Below are positions 52,893 to 61,512 of a DNA stretch of 64,000 nt, one piece after another. Below the pieces are notes generated by a model. The model did no database searches and was not told the origin of the DNA. It worked only from the letters and a program-made list of their open reading frames with translations. How positions within the stretch are numbered: the stretch's first letter is position 1; every line of letters begins with the position of its first letter. Both the position numbers and the translations under genes were made by a program. This DNA is from Candidatus Dormiibacterota bacterium (GTDB lineage Bacteria; Acidobacteriota; Polarisedimenticolia; Gp22-AA2), in assembly GCA_035635555.1 (NCBI GenBank), contig DASQAT010000054.1, positions 11,885-75,884 of the forward strand, in the 5' to 3' direction.

Positions 52893-55097
52893 TCAGAAAT
52901 CGACGGCGGTCAGGGTGACCGGGGCGAGGGCCGGGTCCCCCTCGACGATCCGATAGACGCGATCCAGGGCCGCGTCGCGGAACACCTGGGTCGCCCCGGT
53001 CGCGGGCCAGCGAACCTCGATCGAATCGATGGAGGTGGCGCGGCCCAGTCCCATCTCCTGCTGCAGGCTGTTCCCCCCGAAGCTGCCGCCCGTGCCGCCC
53101 GTGGAATAGATGTCGCGCGGACCGGCCGTTGTCGTGACGCGCACCTTGAGGCGGCTGCCTATCGCCGATCGGTTCGACCGCCGGCCTTCCAGCCTGAGGG
53201 TGACGAAATGGTTCCCGTGTCCGGGATTCATGAACAGGACGGTCGGGGCCATGTCGCTCTCGAACCAGCCACCCATCTCCTCGAGGATGTCCTGGTCGCC
53301 GTCGTTGTCGATGTCGCCGAACGCCACGCCGTGCCCCTTCTGGAGATTGCCGACGTCGGCCGAGAATGTGACGTCCTGGAAGGATTTCCCCTCGGCGTTG
53401 CGGAACAGCCGGTTCGGGATCAAGGCACCCAGGGACGGCTCGCCGTCGCCGAAATAGACGTCGGGCCAGCCATCGTTGTCGAGATCGCCGAAGTTCGATC
53501 CCATCGGCAGCACGACGCGATCGAGCCGCACCGCGTGCGTCACGTCGCTGAACGTTCCATCGTGGTTGTTGCGGTACAGGCGCGGCATCTCGGTGCGCGT
53601 CGCCAGGCCGAGGTGCGCCGCGGCCAGGTCGCGCACGTCGGTCACCCGGTAGCCCGCGACGTAGAGGTCCTCCCAGCCGTCGTTGTCGTAGTCCCAGAAC
53701 CAGGCCGAGAAGCTGTCCCTGGGACCGGTCACGCCGGCGGCAGCCGCCACGTTGGTGAACTGCCACTCCTCGCCGCGCGGCCCCGGCCGGGCCCTCCTGC
53801 CCTCGTTCCGGAACAGGAGATTGTCGCCGCCAAGTATGGAGACATACAGGTCCTGCCTTCCGTCGTTGTTGAAGTCGCCCCAGGCGACCCCCTTCACGTA
53901 GCCGAAATCGGTGTCCCCCAGCTCGACGGAGCGATCGGTGAAGGTGCCGTCCCCATTGTTGTGGTACAGCTCGCTCGGGTGCGGGTCCCCTGCCATCGAT
54001 TCGTTGCCGATGAACAGATCGACCCGTCCGTCGTTGTCATAGTCGCCCCAGGCCCCTGTCTGCGTCGGATGGAAGCTGAGGACGCCGGCCTTCTCGGTCG
54101 TGTCCTCGAACGTTCCGTCGCCGTTGTTGCGCAGGAGCGAGTTGGGATACCGCCCCCCTTTCTGCATCCAGCCGCCCCGCAGGACGAAGACGTCGGGGTG
54201 TCCGTCGTTGTCGTAGTCGGCGTGGATGATGTTCAGGCCGCCGGTCTCGCCGATGAGACCGGCCGCCTCAGTGCGGTCGGTGAAGGTCCCGTCGCCGTTG
54301 TTGTGAAAGAAGTGGAGCTGGTCCTCCACCCCCATGGACGAGAGCATCACGTCGAGGAAGCCGTCTTGGTCGAAGTCCTCCATGATGGCGCCCCCCGCAT
54401 GCCCCTTGATCGCGAGGCCGGCCTTGGGGGCCTTGTCGTAGAAGCGCCCGACGTCGTACTCGGAGGCGAAGGTCTTCGGCGGGATGAGCCATCGCGGCGG
54501 CACCTTGTCCGGATACTCCCCCAGCGTCATGGAAGCGATGTTCAAGAGCCAGCGCGCACCCAGGTCGTCCGGCTGGTCCTTCAGGACGGTGGTGAACTCG
54601 GCGATCGCAGATCGCGAGCCGCGCGTGAGGGTGTGCACGCCGGTCCCCCGGATCGGCGCCAGGCAGGAATCGGCGCCGTGGTGGGCGACGCAGTTCTCCT
54701 GCTCGCCCAGCCGCATGGAGCAAAGACCGAGGAAGTGGTGCGTCTGGACGGCCGGCGGCGCCTCGATCGCGTCGTGCGGATCGGGGTGCAGCAGCGACTG
54801 GCCGATCGCGATCGCCTCCTCCGTCCGCCCGGCCTTCAGGAGCTCGTCGGCCAGAAGCGGCAGGAGGGACATCTTCTGGCTGGGTGTCTTCTCGATGCCG
54901 GTCTTGAGCGCCGCCGCCCTCTTCGTATTCAGGAAGATGTTCTTCGCCGGATCGAGACCGTGCGTGATCTCGGCGAGCCGCTGCGCCATGCGCGCTTTGC
55001 CGCTCTCCCCGGGCGCCGGCTCCCTCGTCCCGCGGCATCCCGCGAGCAGGGCCAGCAGGCCCGCGAACGTTACGGCGCGCAGCCCTCCTGCTTGCAC
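52893..55097 (-). CDS. CRTAC1-family lipoprotein: FG-GAP/VCBS repeats plus ASPIC/UnbV C-terminal domain
   Basis: GGGAGG precedes GTG 55097 and there is a lipobox (LLALLAGC). After a TPR-like N-terminus come VCBS repeats (DYDNDGHPDVFV, DFNNDGRQDLYV, and others), then UnbV/ASPIC (NRSAIGSRLKV...GGSFGGNSLQQEMGLG...IEVRWP). The longer track ORF to 55409 overlaps the upstream gene. Confidence 0.8.
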   Translation of the reverse strand: MQAGGLRAVTFAGLLALLAGCRGTREPAPGESGKARMAQRLAEITHGLDPAKNIFLNTKRAAALKTGIEKTPSQKMSLLPLLADELLKAGRTEEAIAIGQSLLHPDPHDAIEAPPAVQTHHFLGLCSMRLGEQENCVAHHGADSCLAPIRGTGVHTLTRGSRSAIAEFTTVLKDQPDDLGARWLLNIASMTLGEYPDKVPPRWLIPPKTFASEYDVGRFYDKAPKAGLAIKGHAGGAIMEDFDQDGFLDVMLSSMGVEDQLHFFHNNGDGTFTDRTEAAGLIGETGGLNIIHADYDNDGHPDVFVLRGGWMQKGGRYPNSLLRNNGDGTFEDTTEKAGVLSFHPTQTGAWGDYDNDGRVDLFIGNESMAGDPHPSELYHNNGDGTFTDRSVELGDTDFGYVKGVAWGDFNNDGRQDLYVSILGGDNLLFRNEGRRARPGPRGEEWQFTNVAAAAGVTGPRDSFSAWFWDYDNDGWEDLYVAGYRVTDVRDLAAAHLGLATRTEMPRLYRNNHDGTFSDVTHAVRLDRVVLPMGSNFGDLDNDGWPDVYFGDGEPSLGALIPNRLFRNAEGKSFQDVTFSADVGNLQKGHGVAFGDIDNDGDQDILEEMGGWFESDMAPTVLFMNPGHGNHFVTLRLEGRRSNRSAIGSRLKVRVTTTAGPRDIYSTGGTGGSFGGNSLQQEMGLGRATSIDSIEVRWPATGATQVFRDAALDRVYRIVEGDPALAPVTLTAVDF

Positions 55098-56401
55098 AGG
55101 ATGCCTCCCGGCCCGTGCTCCGCCTTCCAGCGCATCGCCATCTCGATCCGGTTGCGGCCGCTCGGGTGGTCGAAGAACAGGTCCTCCTCCAGACCCCCCG
55201 GATCCATCTTGCGGTAGTCGCCGAGCTTCAGCGCGACCTCGGCGGCCCCGTCCGGCTGCTGCGCGGCGTTGAGACCGAACAGGTCCGCCTCGGCCTCCTC
55301 GATGCGGGTGGCCGAGTTGGTCACCGGCGTGAGAAAGAAGAAGTAGACGGAGAACAGCAGCATCAGGAGCGGCAGACCGGCCGGGTCTCCGGTGCCTCTC
55401 ACGCCCCATTTCGTTCCGAACCGCCGCACGGCGCCGCCGAAGGACAGATTCAGGAAGACGAAGCCCAGGAACGTGATCAGACCGAGGAACGCGACCCCCT
55501 TGTAGTTGTGGTGCAGGACGTAATGCCCCATCTCGTGCCCCATCACCGCCTCGATCTCCTGCAGGCTGCAGCGCTTGAGCATGTTGTCATTGATGGTGAT
55601 CCGGGTCGTGCCCAGAAGACCGCTGACGTTGGCGCTGACCCGGGTCGTCTGCTTCGAGGCGTCGACGACCCACACGTCATCGGCCGGAATGCCGTTGGCA
55701 CGCGCCAGACCCAGGATCGGCTCGCGGATCGCCTTGTCCTCGAGTCGCGTGAAGGTGTTGAAGATCGGAAAGATGTAGACCGGCGATATCACCACGGCGA
55801 AGGCCAGGAACAGGATCGACACGAGGGATCCCCAGATCCACCAGTGGCGGGACAGACGCAGCACGAGGTAGAGCGGGACGAGGAGAATTCCGAACAGGAT
55901 CAGATTGACCATAAACGCCTTCGCCTGGTCGCCGAGCCACGGGGCGAAGCTCTGGGTCGCCAGGCCGTACTTGTGCTCCCGGTAATACCCCTCGTAGACC
56001 ACCATCGGGAACTGGGCGATGGTGATGGCGGCGAACATCTGCACCCAGTAGAGCAACGTGCGCGACCAGTTGAGCCCCCGCCCCAGCCGGCCCGCAATGC
56101 GCTCCGCGCGGTCGCGCATCGCGGCCGACCACCCCAGGTTCAGGAGAAGCAGGAGAACCGCGCTGCTGTAAAGGAAATCCCACAGGAGGAGCCAGTATCC
56201 GCCCTCGAAATAGGCGTCGGATTTCGCCTTCTTGTCGGGCGGCATCTTGGCCAGGTAGGCGGCGGTCGCCGTCTTGACGTCGAATCCTCCGCTCCCGGCC
56301 CCGCTCGTCCCCGGTCCTTCGGCGAACGCCGGACCCGCCCACAGGGCCGGTACGATCAGGATCAACACGGCGAGCAGCAGGCACGTTCGCGGTCGGTTCA
56401 T
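55070..56401 (-). CDS. M48-family (Ste24/HtpX-like) zinc metallopeptidase
   Basis: It has HEMGHYVLHH (HExxH), a downstream EAEAD, a polytopic N-terminal half and a signal-like start MNRPRTCLLLAVLILIV. GGGGAG lies 6 nt upstream of ATG 56401. Confidence 0.9.
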   Translation of the reverse strand: MNRPRTCLLLAVLILIVPALWAGPAFAEGPGTSGAGSGGFDVKTATAAYLAKMPPDKKAKSDAYFEGGYWLLLWDFLYSSAVLLLLLNLGWSAAMRDRAERIAGRLGRGLNWSRTLLYWVQMFAAITIAQFPMVVYEGYYREHKYGLATQSFAPWLGDQAKAFMVNLILFGILLVPLYLVLRLSRHWWIWGSLVSILFLAFAVVISPVYIFPIFNTFTRLEDKAIREPILGLARANGIPADDVWVVDASKQTTRVSANVSGLLGTTRITINDNMLKRCSLQEIEAVMGHEMGHYVLHHNYKGVAFLGLITFLGFVFLNLSFGGAVRRFGTKWGVRGTGDPAGLPLLMLLFSVYFFFLTPVTNSATRIEEAEADLFGLNAAQQPDGAAEVALKLGDYRKMDPGGLEEDLFFDHPSGRNRIEMAMRWKAEHGPGGILCKQEGCAP

Positions 56402-56752
56402 GCGCACCTCCCCCCAGTGGGCTGTGAATCATACTCCCTGGGCGCGGGGGAGGTTCCAAAACCGTGATCCGGCTGACCCCGGCCGGATGCCCGCGCCGGC
56501 CTCCGTCCCTCGATTCGCTGTAACCGCCCGCCGGCAGGCCGCGTCTTGAGGGTTGAGCGGCGGCCGAGGCGGATCGAGTCCCGCCTCCGTGGCATCATCA
56601 CCGACGAGCAGCAGAACCGCCTGGAATCGATGAGGCGCCAGTTCGAGGAGCGCCTCGAGAGGCGGGTCGGGCTGGCCCGCACGATCTGGAAGGAGCACGC
56701 GGCCGATTTCGTCGACGCGCTCTGAGATCAACCGGCCTTATGATGGCGACGC

Positions 56753-57379
56753 TTGAGCATCGGACATGAAGCGGATCCGGAGACGGTGGGCGGACCGGCC
56801 CACGACGATGAGAGCGACGCGTCCCTCATGGGGCGCGCCGCCGGGGGGGACCCGGCGGCCTTCGACGACCTGGTCCTGCGCTGGAAGAATCGCGTGTTCC
56901 GGCTGGCCCTGCGTTTCTTCCGCCGCCCCGAGGACGCCGAAGACGTGACCCAGGAGGTCTTCATGAAGGTCTACCGCACGGCAGCGACCTACCGGATGGA
57001 CGCTCCGTTCGAGCACTGGCTCCTGCGCATCGCGACGAACGCCTGTCGGGATCGCCTGCGCTCGATGCGCCGGCGTCCCGAAGAGGTCCTGTCGTCGCTC
57101 ACCCCCGACGCGGGCGCCTGGCTGGACCGGGCGCTCTCAGGGGCGGCGCTGCAGGAGCAGCAGGCCGAGGCGGCGAAGGAGGCGGCCGCCGAGCTTCTGG
57201 CGACGCTGCCGCCGAAGGATCGCACCGTGCTGGTCCTCCTGGACCTCGAGGGTCTCTCGGCGCGGGAGGTGGCCGCCGCGACAGGCTCGACGCGCGCCGC
57301 CGTGAAGGTTCGCGCCATGCGCGCGCGGCGGGCCCTGCGCCGGCTCGCCGTCGGTCGGAGAGGCGGAGGGGGAACATGA
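56753..57379 (+). CDS. ECF-subfamily RNA polymerase sigma factor
   Basis: Region 2 is FDDLVLRWKNRVFRLALRFFRRPEDAEDVTQEVFMKVY. Region 4 is LPPKDRTVLVLLDLEGLSAREVAAATGSTRAAVKVRAMRARRAL. The start codon is uncertain (TTG 56753 or ATG 56828). Confidence 0.85.
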   Translation: MSIGHEADPETVGGPAHDDESDASLMGRAAGGDPAAFDDLVLRWKNRVFRLALRFFRRPEDAEDVTQEVFMKVYRTAATYRMDAPFEHWLLRIATNACRDRLRSMRRRPEEVLSSLTPDAGAWLDRALSGAALQEQQAEAAKEAAAELLATLPPKDRTVLVLLDLEGLSAREVAAATGSTRAAVKVRAMRARRALRRLAVGRRGGGGT

Positions 57380-57828
57380 GCTGTCGCCGGACCAGGAAAC
57401 TGCTGCGACGCGCGGCGCGTGGAGATGTCGCCGACGAGGCGCGCCGGCACATCGAGTCGTGCCCGGCCTGCGCGACCGAGGCGCGCGCCCACCTCCTTCT
57501 GCGGCTGGGAAGCGAGCGGGACGGGGGGGCGCTGGTGCGTCCCGGCTTCGAGCAGCGGCTCAGGGCGCGTCTTCTGGCCGAGCCCGCCGTCGCAAGGTCC
57601 TCCACCTGGAACGGCGGTTTCGAGCGCCTGGTCCGGCCGGCGCTGGCCGCCGCCGCGGCCTTGGTCCTCGTGTGCGCGGGGCTGTACGTCCAGGTGGCGG
57701 CGCCGGAGGGCGGGGGCGACCTGGCGTCCCTGCTCGAGACGGACCCGGTCTTCACCTCGATCCTGACGGTCGACCCGGGCGCCATGTTCGCGGATCCGCA
57801 GATCGCTCCCGCGACGGACGAGCCATGA
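57376..57828 (+). CDS. anti-sigma factor (zf-HC2 type)
   Basis: It overlaps the sigma-factor stop by 4 nt. The motif H-x3-C-x2-C appears in ARRHIESCPACATEA, and there is one TM segment (ALAAAAALVLVCAGLYV). Confidence 0.75.
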   Translation: MSCRRTRKLLRRAARGDVADEARRHIESCPACATEARAHLLLRLGSERDGGALVRPGFEQRLRARLLAEPAVARSSTWNGGFERLVRPALAAAAALVLVCAGLYVQVAAPEGGGDLASLLETDPVFTSILTVDPGAMFADPQIAPATDEP

Positions 57829-58214
57829 CCCGCGGACGCGCGGCGCTTCTCCTCGGCGGGATGTTCGTGCTGGGCCTGGCCTGCGGGGCGCTCGGAACGG
57901 CGGCCCTCACGCTGCACCGGTTCCACGGGGGCGGGTTCTCCCACGAGCGCATGGAGCAGTTCGTCGTGCGTCGTCTGACGCGCCGTCTCGACCTCGACGA
58001 GGCCCAGCGCAAGACCCTCCAGGAGGTGGTCCACAAGACCCGTCTGCGTCTCGACGAAGTGCACGACGAGGTCGCGCCCAAGGTCGAGGCGATCCTCGAC
58101 GACGCCTGCAAGGAGCTTCTCCCCTCCCTCGACCCCGAGCAGCAGAAGAAGCTCGAGATCGTCCGCGCCGAGGCCAAGGAGCGCCTGCGCCGGCATTCCC
58201 TGAGAGCCCCGTGA
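57825..58214 (+). CDS. periplasmic Spy/CpxP-like (LTxxQ-type) helical protein
   Basis: An ATGA overlap links it to the anti-sigma gene. A signal anchor is followed by repeated L-x-x-x-Q helices (LDLDEAQRKTLQEVV, LDPEQQKKLEIV). Confidence 0.65.
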   Translation: MTRGRAALLLGGMFVLGLACGALGTAALTLHRFHGGGFSHERMEQFVVRRLTRRLDLDEAQRKTLQEVVHKTRLRLDEVHDEVAPKVEAILDDACKELLPSLDPEQQKKLEIVRAEAKERLRRHSLRAP

Positions 58215-58277
58215 CGCACCGGCCGGCCTCAGGCCCCGGGCGGTGGTCGGACGCGCGGGACGGCGATAGACTCGTGC

Positions 58278-58787
58278 ATGACCCTTGGCACGAGGCTCAC
58301 CCTCTTCCTGGCCGGACCCCTCGTCCTCGTGATGGCCCTGTTCGGGTACATCGATCAGCGGACCAGCCGCGCCCTCCTGCAGGACGAGCTCGCGCGCGAG
58401 GGACGCGCCCTGGCGAGGACCGTCCAGATCGCCATGGAGGACGCCCTGCGCGACAGGCAGATCGAGGACGTGCGCGTGCTGGTCGACAAGGTCACGGGAT
58501 ACGAGCGCGTCCTCGGGCTGCGCATCTTCGATGACAAGGGCACCATCATCTACGAACCGCCCGAGCTCGTCGCCTACCCGTTCGCCGCGGCCGACGCCCT
58601 GCACACCGCCCTGCAGCGAGGCACGCCCTCCGAGGCCCACGGTCGCATCGCCGGCAAGCCGGTCCTATGCCGAGAACCAGCCGTGGGGCCTGTTCGTCCT
58701 CCGCCAGAAGACACGACCTCCGACCACCGTCACGCCTTCGGTCGCAACACTCTCGGCGCCACGTTGTACGCTGTGGCCGGGTCCTGA
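58278..58787 (+). pseudogene. sensor histidine kinase N-terminal fragment (truncated)
   Basis: A TM helix plus periplasmic sensor-like region (ELAREGRALARTVQIAMEDALRDRQIEDVRVLVDKVTGYERVLGLRIFDDKGTIIY) is typical of kinase N-termini. No second TM, HAMP, HisKA or ATPase region follows, and the tail of the ORF is low-complexity. Confidence 0.4.
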
Positions 58788-58807
58788 ATTCCTGTAGTCT
58801 TTCCGCC

Positions 58808-59764
58808 ATGCCCGAGCTCCCGGACGTCGTCGTCTACATCGAGGCGCTCGAGGAGCGCGTCCTGGGACAGCCCCTCCTCGCAGTTAGGCTGCGCAGCCCG
58901 TTCGTCCTGCGCAGCGTGGATCCCCCGATCGGCTCGGCCGGCGGGCGCGCGGTCCGCGGGCTCCGCCGTATCGGCAAACGGATCGTCCTCGACCTCGAGG
59001 GGGAGCTTTTCCTGGTCGTTCACCTGATGATCGCCGGGCGGCTGCACTGGAGGCCGGTCGGGGCGAAAATTCCCGGACGGCTCGGCCTCGCGGCGTTCGA
59101 CTTCCCTGCCGGCACGCTCCTCCTGACCGAGGCCGGCTCGAAGAAGCGCGCCTCCCTCCACCTGGTCGCCGGAGCGCCAGCGCTCGGGGCCTTCAAGCGG
59201 GGCGGGGTCGAGGTGCTCGAGGCGGACCTGCCCGCCTTCAGTGCGGCCCTGCGGCGGGAGAGTCACACGCTCAAGCGCGCCCTCACCGACCCGCGCCTGT
59301 TCAGCGGCATCGGCAACGCGTATTCGGACGAGATCCTGCACCGTGCCCGGCTGTCGCCGCTGCGGCTCACCCGGAGCCTCGCCGACGGCGAGACCGAGCG
59401 TCTGTTCGAGGCGACCACGACTCTTCTGCGCGAGTGGATCGGGCGTCTGCGGAACGCGAGAGGCGGCGGCTTCCCGGAGAAGGTCACCGCCTTCCGGGAC
59501 GGCATGGCGGTTCACGGCCGGTTCGGAAAACCCTGCCCCGTCTGCGGCACCGCCGTGCAGCGCATCGTGTACGCCGACAACGAGTGCAACTACTGCCCGC
59601 GCTGCCAGACGGAGGGGCGGGTCCTGGCCGACCGGGCCCTGTCGCGCCTCCTGAAGGACGACTGGCCGAAGACGATCGAGGAGATGGAGGAGGGGCCGGG
59701 ACTCACTCCCGGTACATCGACTCGATCTCCGAGGCGTACTTCTTCTCGACGATCCGGCGCTTGA
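58808..59764 (+). CDS. Fpg/Nei-family DNA glycosylase/AP lyase
   Basis: It has the MPELPDV N-terminus (catalytic Pro2/Glu3), H2TH (LTDPRLFSGIGNAYSDEILHRARLSP) and a C-terminal zinc finger, CPVCGTAVQRIVYADNECNYCPRCQ. The 3' end overlaps the convergent ligase gene. Confidence 0.85.
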   Translation: MPELPDVVVYIEALEERVLGQPLLAVRLRSPFVLRSVDPPIGSAGGRAVRGLRRIGKRIVLDLEGELFLVVHLMIAGRLHWRPVGAKIPGRLGLAAFDFPAGTLLLTEAGSKKRASLHLVAGAPALGAFKRGGVEVLEADLPAFSAALRRESHTLKRALTDPRLFSGIGNAYSDEILHRARLSPLRLTRSLADGETERLFEATTTLLREWIGRLRNARGGGFPEKVTAFRDGMAVHGRFGKPCPVCGTAVQRIVYADNECNYCPRCQTEGRVLADRALSRLLKDDWPKTIEEMEEGPGLTPGTSTRSPRRTSSRRSGA

Positions 59765-61493
59765 TCTTGAGGGTGGGCGTCAGCTCCCCCGACTCCGGCG
59801 TCATCTCGCGTGGGAGCAGGCGGAACTTCTTGATCGTCTCGTACGACGGCAGACCGGCCATCTTCGCCTCGATGCGCCGTCGCATCAGATCGACGATGCG
59901 CGGGTTCTCGAGAAGGTCCTCGACCCTCGTGTAGGGGATCCCCTTCAGCTTGGCGTACGACTCGAGGCAGGCGTGATCGGGGACGACGAGGGCGGAGATG
60001 AACTTGCGCCGGTCGCCGATGAGGACGGCCTGCGAGATGAACCGGTCGGTCTTCAGAAGATTCTCGATCGGCTGGGGGGCCACCATCTTGCCGCCGGAGG
60101 TCTTCAGGACCTCCTTCTTGCGGTCGGTGATCTTCAGGAAGCCGTCGGAGTCGATGAGACCGATGTCCCCCGTCGCGAACCAGCCGTCCTGGATGGCCGC
60201 GCGCGTGGCCGCTTCGTCGCGGAAGTACCCCTTCATGACGTTCGGTCCGCGCACCAGGATCTCGCCGTCCTCCGCGATCCGCACCTCGACCTCGGGAACG
60301 ATCGGACCGACGGTGCCGATGCGGGTCCTGTCGAGCGTGTTGACCGCGATCACGGGCGAGGTCTCGGTCAGACCGTAGCCCTCGAGGATCCGAATCCCGG
60401 CCGCATAGAAGAACTCGGCGATCTCCGGTGAGAGCGGCGCGCCCCCCGAGATCAGGAAGCGCAGGCGTCCGCCGAGCCTCTCCCGGACCTTGACGAACAC
60501 CAGGTGGTCCGTCAGCGGGTGGAGCAGGCGGACGGCGAGCGGCGCTTTCCGGCCGGCCAGCATGGCGCGCGCGTTAGCCCTGCCGACCTTGAGCGCCAGG
60601 GCGAAGATGAGCCTCTTCACGAAGGAGGACGTCTGGACCGAGTCCAGGATGCGCGCATGCACCTTCTCGAAGAGCCGCGGCACGCTGGCCATCACCGTCG
60701 GCCGGATCTCCAGGAGATTCTGCGGCACCGCGTCGATCGACTCGGCGTAGGCGATCGTGGCCCCGGCCGACAGGTAGGCGAATTCGACCATCCTTTCGAA
60801 GACGTGCGTCAGCGGCAGGAACGAAAGGGTCACGTCGGTCTCCGAGAACGGAATGATCCGGAGGGTGGCGTCGACGTTGGAGGCGAAGTTGCCGTGCGTC
60901 AGCATCACCCCCTTCGGGTCGCCCGTCGTCCCCGAGGTGTACAGGATGCTGGCCAGGTCCTCGCGGGTGATCCCGGAGCGGGTCGTCTCGAAGCGGCGCG
61001 GGTCGGCGCGCTGCGCCGCTTCGCCCGCGCGCAGCAGGTCCGTCCAGGGGACGGCCCGGGCGGGCGCCCCCTGCGCCGGCGGATCCAGGATGACGACCGT
61101 CTGGATTGCCGGCAGGGAGGACAGGATCGGACCCACCTTCTCCAGTTGCGCCTGGGTCGAGAGCACGAGCGCTTTCGACTGGCTGTTGTCCAGGATGAAG
61201 CGAATCTGATCCGCCAGGAGCGTGGAGTAGATCGGGACGGTGACCCCGCCCAGGTTCAGGACGGCGTGGTCGAACGCCGTCCACTCGGGACGGTTCTCCG
61301 AGAGGATCGCGACGCGGTCCCCCTTCGCAATCCCTTTCGACTGGAGCCCGAGCGAAAGCGCACGCACGGTCGCCGCGAACTCCTCGGTCGAGATGTCCCG
61401 CCAGGTCCCGGCCGCCTTGTAGCGCAGCAGAGACGGCTTGCGGAAATGCGCCTCGAGGTGCGTCAGGATGTCGCAGAGCGTCCCGATCTCCAC
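59703..61493 (-). CDS. long-chain fatty acid--CoA ligase (AMP-dependent synthetase)
   Basis: Motifs are ILYTSGTTGDPKGVMLTHGN (AMP-binding), GYGLTETSP, TGDIG and SGGKMVAPQPIE. The start is GTG. Confidence 0.9.
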   Translation of the reverse strand: MEIGTLCDILTHLEAHFRKPSLLRYKAAGTWRDISTEEFAATVRALSLGLQSKGIAKGDRVAILSENRPEWTAFDHAVLNLGGVTVPIYSTLLADQIRFILDNSQSKALVLSTQAQLEKVGPILSSLPAIQTVVILDPPAQGAPARAVPWTDLLRAGEAAQRADPRRFETTRSGITREDLASILYTSGTTGDPKGVMLTHGNFASNVDATLRIIPFSETDVTLSFLPLTHVFERMVEFAYLSAGATIAYAESIDAVPQNLLEIRPTVMASVPRLFEKVHARILDSVQTSSFVKRLIFALALKVGRANARAMLAGRKAPLAVRLLHPLTDHLVFVKVRERLGGRLRFLISGGAPLSPEIAEFFYAAGIRILEGYGLTETSPVIAVNTLDRTRIGTVGPIVPEVEVRIAEDGEILVRGPNVMKGYFRDEAATRAAIQDGWFATGDIGLIDSDGFLKITDRKKEVLKTSGGKMVAPQPIENLLKTDRFISQAVLIGDRRKFISALVVPDHACLESYAKLKGIPYTRVEDLLENPRIVDLMRRRIEAKMAGLPSYETIKKFRLLPREMTPESGELTPTLKIKRRIVEKKYASEIESMYRE

Positions 61494-61512
61494 GCCCGTC
61501 CCCCGGCCCCGG

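Noticed and set aside
51077-56467. Plus-strand ORFs 51077-52918, 52443-55217 and 55115-56467 opposite the ADH, CRTAC1 and M48 genes.
   Set aside because: They have no recognisable motifs and a highly biased composition. The minus-strand frames carry the Zn-ADH, VCBS/UnbV and HExxH signatures.
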